NCBI RefSeq assembly: GCF_018977255.1
Contig: NW_024704742.1
Location: forward strand, 100,194,001-100,258,000
Reading direction: 5' to 3'
Source of the DNA: Callorhinchus milii
Lineage: Eukaryota
DNA length: 64,000 nucleotides
In this document: piece after piece, positions 26,627 to 36,460 of the stretch
Position numbering within the stretch: position 1 is the stretch's first letter
Layout of the letters: each line of letters opens with the position of its first letter
Notes under the pieces: generated by a model
What the model was told of the DNA's origin: nothing
The model's input: the letters and a program-made list of their open reading frames with translations, nothing else
Databases searched by the model: none
Made by a program: the position numbers and the translations under genes

Positions 26627-28720
26627 ACAACAACAACAACAACAAGATTCCATTTATAGAGCGCCTTTCACGTCAGGAGGACGTCCCAAGGCACTGCACA
26701 GTTGGGTCATGACCCGAGCAGGGGGGAAATGGTCAGGGTGAGGGGAGGGAAGGGAGGGAGAGAGGAGGGGGGAAATGGTCAGGGTGAGGGGAGGGAAGGG
26801 AGGGAGCGAGGAGGGGAAGAGAGTCGAGAGGGGAGCTGAAGGCTCGGTCAAAGAGAAAGGTTTTGAGACCGGCCTTGAAGGAGGAAAGGGAGGAAGCGGC
26901 GAAGGCACTGGGGGATGGAGTTCCAGAGCCTGGGGCTGAGAGGCTGAAGGCCCGACCACCGATGGTAGGGCGGTTGGGGCGGGGGACGTGGAGCAGACCG
27001 GAGCCAGAGGAACGGAGGGTACGGGCAGGTAGGTAGGGGGATAGTAGGTTGGAGAGGTAGGAGGGAGCAAGGCCGTGAATGGCCTTGTAGGTGAGGATGA
27101 GGATCTTGAAATCAATCCTCTGGGGGATGGGGAGCCAGTGGAGGCGAGCGAGGGTGGGAGTGATGTGGTCCCGAAGCCTGGTGCGGGACAGTACACGAGC
27201 TGCAGAGTTCTGAATGACCTGCAGCTTGTGGAGGGAGGTGGCGGGAAGGCCGGCGAGGAGAGAGTTCCCATAGTCCAGCCTTGAGGTGACAAAGGCGTGA
27301 ACCAGGGTTTCAGCAGCGTGAGGGGTGAGGTAGTGCCGTAATCTGGCGATGTTCCGGAGGTGATGGAAGGCGGTGCCAGTTGTGGTGCGGATGTGAGGGA
27401 GAAAGGACAGCTCAGGGTCGAACAAAACGCCGAGGTTCCTGACTGGCTTTGAGAGGTGGAGAGTGCAGCCTTGGATGCTGATGGTGTCAGCGCCTGAGGT
27501 GCGGAGGCGCTGACGTGAGCCAATCAGGAGGGCCTCGGTTTTTCGCACGTTGAGCTGAAGAAAGTTGTCTCTCGTCCAGGACTCGATGTCGGACAGGCAG
27601 CTGTCAGGACATCGGTGGTCGTGGAGTTGAGAGTAGAGGAGGAAAGGTAGAGTTGGGTGTCATCCGCATACATGTGGAAGTTAACCCATGTCTGCGGATG
27701 ATGTCACCGAGGGGGAGCATATAGAGGGTGAAGAGGAGGGGACCGAGGACAGAGCCCTGAGGGACACCACATGAGACAGTACGGGGGGTGGAGGAGAAGC
27801 CATTCGTCGAGACAAAGTGAAGACGGTGAGAAAGGTACGACCTAAACCATTCAAGGACAGTGCCTTGAAGGTTGAGGTGGGAGGACAAGCGGTGGAGTAG
27901 GATAGCGTGGTCGACCGTATCGAATGCTGCCGATAGGTCGAGGAGGACGAGGAGACAGAGGGAGCCCTGGTCACAGATGGTCAGGATATCATTGGTGACC
28001 TTGACCAGGGCAGTTTCTGTGCTATGGGCAGCACGGAAACCTGACTGAAGGGGTTCGAAAAGAGAATGGGTGGAAAGGAAAGAGCGCAGTTGGGAGGCGA
28101 CAACTCTTTCCAAGACCTTGGAGAGAAAGGGGAGGTTGGAGATGGGCCGGTAGCTTGATAGCTGCGACGCATCAAGGGAGGGTTGGCGGGGGGGACGGAG
28201 GAGTCGGGTTGTGGTGGAAAACAGTAGCCTGGGGTTGTTCTTCGCCTCCAGGATTATCCTGGAGTAGAAGGACGACTTGGCCGAGGCTAGAGTGGAGCGG
28301 TAAATTTTGAGGAGGTCCAGCCAGATTTGTCGGTGGACCATTAGGCCAGATTTGACACAGGTGCGTTCAGCGGCCCGCACCTGGCTTTTCAGTGAGCGGA
28401 GGTGGGTGGTGTACCAGGGGGAGGAGCGGGAGTAGGAGACAGTGCGGGAAGTGATGGGGGCAAGAGTATCGAGTGTGGAGGAGAGGGTATTGTGGAGGAG
28501 GGAGAGAGGAGAAGAGGGTTCGGTGAGGGTTGAAGGCCAGAGGGAGAGGAGTTCAGAGGACTCCAAGGCATCGGTTAGGGATTGTGGGGGAAACTTCATC
28601 CAAGGGCGGTAGAAGATGGTGGTGGGTCTGGTGGAGGTGGGGAGGGGGGTGGAGGTGGTGAAGGAGATGAAGTAGTGGTCAGAGATGGCCTTGTCGGTAA
28701 TAGTGACATCCGAGACACCC
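26627..28720 (-). mobile_element. Young L2 LINE, 5'-truncated ORF2 with reverse transcriptase (frameshifted)
   Basis: Endonuclease-end motif [52 protein letters not shown] (27659-27670), LHWLP. CpG-rich with a (TTG)n tail. Confidence 0.95.
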
Positions 28721-30172
28721 CTCTCCTTACCTCCCAGCTCCACTTCCTTGCACCTCTACTCACAGACCTCATAAATCTCTCCCTGTAAACTGGTACCGTT
28801 CGCACCCCTTTAAAAAACGCCGTCATCACTGTTATGCTTAAAAAATCCTCCCTGGACCCATCTTTACTCTCAAACTACCGCCCCCATTTCCAACCTCGCT
28901 TTCCTCTCCACGGTCCTGGAATGAATCGTTGCTTCCCAGCTTCACTCCTTCCACTCCCGCCACTTCCTTCACGAACCCCTCCAATCAGGTTTCCATACTA
29001 CCCACAGCATAGAAAAACCCCCTGGTCAAAGTGACAAATGACTTTCTGTCCATCTGCGACCAGGGCTCCCTCTGCCTCTTCGTCCTCCTTGACCTCGACA
29101 CCGTTTACCACTCTATCCTCATCCACCGCCTCTCCTCTCACCTCAGCCTTCACAGTCCTGTTCGTGAATGGTTCAGATCGTGCCTCTCACACCACCTCCA
29201 CTTCATCTCCACAAACGGTTTCTCCTCTAGCCCCCGCACCATCTTGTGCGGTGTTCCTCAGGGTTCTGTCCTTGGTCCCTTCCTCTTCAATATCTATATG
29301 CTCCCTCTTGGTGATATCATCTGCAGACATGGGGTCAACTTCCACATGTATGCAGACAACATCCAACTGTACCTCTCTGCCTCCACCCTCGACTCCAGGA
29401 CCACTGCTGTCCTGACAGAATGTCTGTCAGACATGAAGTCCTGGATGAGAGCTAACCTTCTTCAGCTGAACATCGACAAGACTGAGGCCCTCCTGATTTG
29501 CTCCTGTCAGCGCCTCCTCACCTCAGGGGCTGACAGCATCACCATCCATGGATGCACACTCCACCTTGCTAAGCCAGTCCGGAACCGATCTGCCTTCGCC
29601 CACCTCTGCAACATCGCCCGGCTCCGCCATTTTCTCACACCGCAGGCCGCCGAAGCCCTAATACACGCATTCATAACATTGACTATGCAAACTCATTGCT
29701 TGTCAGCCTCCCTAACTCCTCCCTCCATAGGCTGCAGATCATCCAGAACTCTGCAGCCCATGACCTCTCCCGCACCAGGCTTCGTGACCCTATCACCCCA
29801 TCCTTGCCCGACTCACTCAGAGGATACAGTTCAAGATCCCGATCCTCACCTTCTAACCCCCACTCCTTCCACTTAGCGGCCTCAGCCTGCTTCACATCCC
29901 CCACCTCACCCACCCCACCATTCTGCCACTCTGCCCCCACCCTTGGGAACTCCATCCTGCAGTCCCTGCACCTCGCCCCTCCCTTGCCTCCTTCAAGATC
30001 CATCTCAAGACCCTCCTCTTCAACCGTGCTTTTGATCACCCTGCTTCACCCCATGCCCTTCACCCTCCCCAATCCCAACCCCCAACTGGGGTCCAAAACA
30101 CTGACTGTCCAGCACCTTCAGACGTCCTCCCGACGTGAAAGGCGCTATACAAATGTAATTTTGTTGTTGTTT
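28715..30172 (+). mobile_element. L2 LINE, 5'-truncated and decayed, head-to-head with the previous copy
   Basis: [31 protein letters not shown]. Tail gacgtcctcccgacgtgaaaggcgc..ttgttgttg. Confidence 0.92.
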
Positions 30173-30639
30173 TGCTTGAAAGACTATCAGGAGCCAAGTG
30201 GGAAGAATAATAGCCCCAAGTGACTGCTACCTACTTCCTTTCAAGAGGGATAAGCTCCATGAGTTAAATGTCAACTCTTATACGGATCTTGGAGTTGGAA
30301 TACACATTTTGAATAAAATCCCAAATTTGTCCACGTATTCTCATGGCTTCAAGCTTCATCATGAGGCACTAGGTCAGGGTTGTTGAAATCTATGAATGCA
30401 AAGTAAATGAGTTTCCATAGAGTCTTAACACAATATTCTGTGAACTAATATAGAGCTACAACCTGCCCCACAGACCCCTCATGGGAACGGAATCCTTGTT
30501 CCTTTTTGATTAAACCACAAGTCGCCAATGCATCCAAATGCAGTGACTATTCATACACAGCACCACTTTAAGAGCCATTGAAATCAGTGAGATTCCTCGG
30601 CAGTTCTCAATCTCTATCTGCGTGTGGATACACACATAA

Positions 30640-30935
30640 ATGTTGGGCAAGTTTCCTTCCTCCACACTCCTCGGTTTACCTAGCCATAAGTAGGAACCCA
30701 GTTGTTAGTCGATTGGCGGAACACTTTTTCAAGGGTAATAATTCCTTCAAAAAAATAATAATAATAAATTGGTCACTTTAATCCACATCTGTTTGTGGGA
30801 TACTGCTGGGCGCAGTTGGCTGCCTCATTTCGCCCACAAGATGCAGTCAATTCACTTTACAGTATATTCTGTGAAGCGCATTGAGACGTCTTGAAGAAGT
30901 GATAAGGCATTATATCAAATGCAAGGATTATTATT
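30640..30935 (+). mobile_element. Long-variant SINE, 5'-truncated
   Basis: ttgggcaagtttcc..gtaggaacccagttgttagtcgattgg..aaatgcaaggattattatt. Confidence 0.85.
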
Positions 30936-31849
30936 GGAACCACAATTGCATGCTGGAACACAGAATATGTGCCTCTGAGAGAAGTCTGTTGACCAGCCTT
31001 AGGAGGGCAGCTCCAAGTTGGTGGTTCCTGGCATGGATCAACAAACCCTTGGCATTCTCCAGCCCTCCCTCAGAATATGGTTTTATAATACGGTTTCATT
31101 GTTTTGCATATTATCAATAGTTTACACATTGCACCTTCTCAAAAATGCAACATTCAGGGGGCTGCATGGAGCAAAACTGGTGTAACGACATAACATACAC
31201 CTGTATGCCACTCAGAAGGAGAAAAAGAAATAGATGGAGTGACACTCCAAAACACACTACGTACCAGGTTATAAAGGAAACCCTGACAAAAGCACGCAAA
31301 TTCACAAAATGAATCATTCTAAGATCTTGAACATGCTAGGGAACTCAGAATGTTACATGTCCTAGCGAACAAAAAAGAAAGCCTATGCCGACTAAATCAG
31401 TAGAAAAAGGAAGCATACAAAAGCACAATATTGGTAACTGATTAACATCAAGTAACCGAGCAACTATCAAACCACAGAAGAGAACCTTGTAAACTATATC
31501 TGGCTCCAAATATCAGGTTAAACCTTCAACCCATTTAGAATGTACAACAACAAACTGTACTATTCGGATATTTTTAAGTCAGTTTTTAGTTCAAAATGTA
31601 AATTACTCAGGATTTTCTGTAATATTCTAATATCAGTGTGGAACTGAATGTCAAACATGCTCTAACCTATAGACACGGCAATGTTTCTCATCATGTTTAT
31701 CAGCAAATTTGGCCAAACAAATCTTGAAATTCTGCATTTCAAGATTCTTTCAAAACTGTATCATCCATAGTGTTTACAAGAAGCACGCAGCTAATTGTGG
31801 GATGACAAGGGCAAATCAAGTTGCAGAGATCTGGCTGTATCCCATGTAA

Positions 31850-34270
31850 GATTAGAGCTAAATAGACTTTACCAGAGTATAGAATTCATGGAAGGTCTGG
31901 GGAATGTTTAAAAGAAGGGGGAGAGGAGAACTAATCAACGGGAAAGGATACAATACGATGGTGGAGTATTTTGCAAAACACCTGACCTCAAAACTTGGAG
32001 GACTGCATTTAAATGCAAACCAAAGAAGGTTGGAAGAAGAAAACGTAATCACGAGAGCTTAAATTGCACATAGATTGGGAGAAGAATGACACCTGAAGTA
32101 GAGAAGGAAACATATATACTGAACTGAGTTCAGGATATTTCTCTAAAACAGTAGGTCCTCAAATCAGCAGGGGAGCAGCTGATACTTAATTCTGTAATGA
32201 GTAAACCAGAAATAGTTAGCAATCTGGTGGTAAGAGAGCACCTTGGGAATAGAGACCGTAAGATTAAATTCAACATCAGACTTGAAAGGGAAAAAGTAGG
32301 TTCATAATCTAAGCCTTTGAACTTAATAAGGGCAAATTTGAAGAGCCGAGGAAGGAATTGACGTACACTAAAAAATTGTAAGTTGGCCGATAAACTGACA
32401 AATAGTGGAATCTATTCAACAAACAGGTTAGTGGATTATCAAATTACACCCCTGAAATAAATATATAGAAAATGTATTAATCTCTCAATGCTCTCTGGAT
32501 TTGGAAGTACTGCCCATGGATTGGAAGGTAGCAAACGCAACGCCGTTACTTAAGAAGTGAGGAAGGAATAAACCAAGGCCAGTGAGTTAGGGAAAGAGAA
32601 ATGTAGCACTTTGGTAAATATGGGAAACTCGGCATGGTTTTTGAAAAGTAGGTCATGTCCAACCACCAAAGAGATAAAACTTTCATAAGCACTAGGATTG
32701 AGGATCTATGGATGTAAATTACATAGAGTTTTAGAATACATTTGAAATGGATTATTATTGACAAGGTGCCACATTGTCCTACTGACATGAAGTATAAATG
32801 TAAATTTGTATTGTGAACTAAAATTAAAATTCACAGAATCAGAAAGTTTATCGTGCCAAAGGATTCAGCCCATCAAATCTATGTTGTTGCTACTTATCCA
32901 ATGGAGTCTTCAACTCTTATGCCATTCCCCTGCGCTATCCCCATTCTGTTTAATATAACAGGGACGTCTTCCCGACGTGAAAGGTGCTACATAAATACAA
33001 TCTGTTGTTGTTATTACAACTTTTCCTCGAGTTTTGATACATTTCCCTCTTAAATGCTACTGTGGCCTTAGCCTCGATAACCATATTATAACAATGTCTT
33101 CATAAAAACATTTCTTACAATTTTTTTTCCCGTCTGGTAACAACCTTCAATTTATACTCTCTTGTTGCCAATTACAAATCAACGCAAGCAGTCTCTCTCA
33201 CTTTCAATTTTTCAATCAAATCCTAGTGACGTGGATAGGAAATTGTTTGTAAGGTAAGAGATATTTTCTGATTGACTTGACAATGACCAGTGCTCTCCCA
33301 CAGGGAATGCTGAGCTTTTTATTCTGTATATTAATGAACTGTGGATATAGGAGTAGACGACAGACGAGCAGGATTGTGTTTTGGTAAAAGGGGATAGGCA
33401 ATTGGAAGAGGAAAAAGCTACCAGCACAAGTGGTGAAACAACTATGAGAATTTCTTCAGAAATAAACTAGATAAGCTCTCGGAAATTGAAAGGTTATAAA
33501 AAAAGCGATAGATGTGACAAAGGGATCTTTTAGGAACATGGATACACGAACAGTGAACTTCTAACTGAAACCACTACTACGTTACTATATGCCAAGTTAC
33601 TGTAAATGACACTCAGCTGAAATTAGAGAGCAGGAAAATTCAGAGATAAATAGATTAAATGAGTGGTTGGCGACAATGGGAAATGGAATCAAACGTAGCA
33701 AAGTATGTGTGATTTTGAACTTTAAATATAGGAATGGCAGATGGGAATACTTTACGAATGAAGCACTGGGAATGGGGATAAATGAAGCAAGTGTTTTCGG
33801 GGCTGCTGGCGTTCAGTTGTTAAAAGCACTTTACTGAAAGAAATCTAATTGTCGAAAGGAGTTATGGGTTTTGACACGAGGTCTAGATTTTAAAAACAAG
33901 GAAATACTACTGCAGCCATACAGACTACAAATCCAACTTCATTTAAAATGCTCAATTTAGTTGGCGCAGTTTAGGAAGGATATACTGGCATGAGTGACCA
34001 AATTGTTACTTGGGATGAAGGGACTTAACTGCCTGATGAATTTAAAATAATAAAGGGAATTGACATGGTAGACAGAGTGACAATTCCTTTGAGTGGGGAT
34101 ACCCTGAATGACGGAACATAATCGTAAAATTAAAGTCAAGCCAGTTAAATGCAATCAGTGAAACCAGGAAACATTTCTTCACACAAAGCATTGCAAGAAA
34201 TATAAAATGTACTGAAAATATACTGTCCCAGATGCCAGAAATGCAATCAAATGCTAGATTTAAAAGGGAG
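31850..34270 (+). mobile_element. Highly decayed CR1-type LINE fragments with nested pieces
   Basis: Remnants of CR1 ORF2: gagcaccttgggaatagagacc (HLG.SD), gattggaaggtagcaaacgcaacgccgtta (DWKVAN.TP), tttcttcacacaaag (FFTQ). Confidence 0.55.
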
Positions 34271-35110
34271 AATTATCCGATTCCAGTCCCTTTATTTCTC
34301 AACTTAAAAAAAAGCACTCACAAACCACTTCACTGGGAAACTGAAAACTGAATATTCACATATTGTCATGTCTTTCTCACCCCAGAGTAATCTAAGTATT
34401 TCGGCAGCTCTCTTGATGTCACACACCATCACTTTTAAAGTTTTAATCGAAGATGTTAAAGTCACCATCAAAACTGTCTCAAGATTTTAATAATTTCTGC
34501 TAATTTGAAAGAGGGGGAAATAATTGCAAAAAAACAAAGCATTTAAGCAATCAGCCATGAAAAGGTTGCACCAATAGTAAAAGTATTTTTGAAATTAGAA
34601 TTTTTAGTGGCATTCGGTGCCCATTTGAGCCGTCTCAACAAGGTGACAAGGTGCTATATAAAAAGCAAGGATTATTATTAGGAAGAAATAGAATCCTATG
34701 CACAAAATCCCTCTATTACACCAACAATATGCATAGCCGTAATCTCAAAGGATCACCCTCCCCTGACCAAAAACAAGACCTGAGCCTATTTCGCTCATCT
34801 TTTCAGACCTCACCTCTATGCTTAGTCAACACAGGCCTGCTTTATGTTAAAAATTCAGACGCTAGAAAATGGGAAACCCAATTGTTTTGGGCAGCTTTAA
34901 TTGTTTCACAACCAGCTGAGCCTCAATTGCAATTCCAATATGTTAAAGGAATGTGAAAGTCTTCAGAAGATCTGAAAAGCTACAAATATAAGTGATTTTA
35001 CAACTTCAACGAATATAAACGCATTTTCTTTGGAAGCATCTCGGAAAGAGAGCAGCTCGGAAAACGACCATCTCAGAAAACATTGTCACCAAAGTATAAA
35101 TGTGTCTTAC

Positions 35111-35267
35111 CTAATCTAAGTTCTCCAAAATTTCCACACCCTATCTTTTTCCCAACTCTGAAGTTGGGTCCAACCATTAAAACGCCAGAATTGTGGGCAC
35201 TTCGTCCACCGCTCCTTGGCACTCTGGACCTTTCCTCTATTTTGTCTTTATCTTTCGTTTTCTCCAT
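35111..35267 (-). CDS. CSNK1G3: Casein kinase 1 gamma, first coding segment (coding part of exon 2)
   Basis: Translates [52 protein letters not shown](G), the CK1-gamma glycine-rich loop. Strong Kozak context attATGg. Ends at a phase-1 donor TAG|gtaaga. The KDKDK N-terminus resembles paralog G3. Confidence 0.95.
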
Positions 35268-35532
35268 AATGAGTCCCTGCTTGTGGCAATTCTCTGTGTA
35301 TACGCGGTTGTTCAGTTTCAGACCGTATAGTTCCAGAGCGGAAGCATTATCTGGAGCAAATTCAGCACAGCAGCTACAGTTGTTGAGTCACAGGCGTTTA
35401 GCAGAGTTTTCAAAAAACATTTGTTTCATCCCATTCGTAAAAGCTTCTTCGGTAGCGACAACAATAATGAACAAACACCACCATTTGTACAAGCTGGTCG
35501 AACCACGTTACGTGCCTTCAATTGACGAAGTT
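35268..35532 (-). other. CSNK1G3: 5' UTR part of CSNK1G3 exon 2 (whole exon 35111-35532, 422 nt)
   Basis: Strong acceptor ttttttttt-c-ttttttag| just before 35532. Contains several upstream ATGs. Confidence 0.8.
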
Positions 35533-36059
35533 CTAAAAAAGAAAAAAAAAGTCCGTTAAAACAACTCACAGCCGGCATATTGGGCTCTGAACGCGCAAGT
35601 CAAATGTATTTACTGTGGGGGCATGCCGATGTTGTACAAAACCTTTACCAACAGCACGTAGAGTACGATTCACCACTCACAAGAGCTCAGAAAGAGACTT
35701 AATGAATTTGTCACAGGTCAAAGCTAACAAGTCAGTCAACTTGGCCTCATGGAGAGCAAAGCATTCCACATGTTCGTGTTCAGTAAGAATACCTAGTTGT
35801 ACAATACGAGTAACTAGTGATTTCGGCAAAGCATTGAAGAAGGATAAACAAACTATTCTCCACAAAGTGTGAACCAATCACTTATTCATCTTAAAGACAA
35901 ATGGAGGTTCTAAATTGGATAATGATATCCATTGATTAATATAATCATTGCTCTTTCAAATTTGTTGCACTAAGCATCCAGTGTAAAATCCACAAATTAC
36001 AATCTCTCATGAATGTATCCTGAATAAGACTAACAGTCCAGTATGGAAAATATTAATAG

Positions 36060-36460
36060 AGGCTCCTCTGATGGGTCAGTGAGTAAATACAGTGCATTGT
36101 TTGCTATAGTGGAATACAGATCAGGAGGTTCAAACTTTGATCCCTGTCCAGTCAGCCAATCTCAACTGGCCACACCAATGACATGACCATAAACCCTAGT
36201 GCCCCCATTATGGTAGGGGAGGTAGAGGATGCCACAGTTTCTTCTTCCTATTGTTTTTCAGTTATCCCAAGGCAAAGTGCCCCTCCCGCCCCCCCCCCCC
36301 CCCCCCCCCATTATGAACGGGCTGCCAAACATCGAATGATCAAGACTCTCATATAAAGAAATATCACTTTGAGGAAGATATCAAAGCAATAGCAATCCCA
36401 CTGAATCACATCCTCTCTCATCCTGCTCTGAGTCACCAGCCTTCAGGAGAAAAAATTGGA
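36060..36460 (+). repeat. Ancient unclassified SINE-like repeat with a tRNA-like head
   Basis: Head gatgggtcagtgagtaa..ggaggttc, and 3' end gagtcaccagccttcaggag shared with 10780-11080. Confidence 0.45.

Noticed and set aside
28700..28860. Twin-priming inversion of a single L2
   Set aside because: Both arms run to their own 3' tails, overlap in content and differ in subfamily and decay, so they are two insertions.
26654..29876. RT-containing ORFs as a host gene or novel RT system
   Set aside because: Ordinary L2 ORF2 motifs, 5'-truncated and frameshifted, ending in L2 tails.
35083..35559. 158-aa plus-strand ORF antisense to exon 2
   Set aside because: Starts at TTG, has no recognisable motif and no plus-strand promoter or splice support; treated as a shadow ORF.
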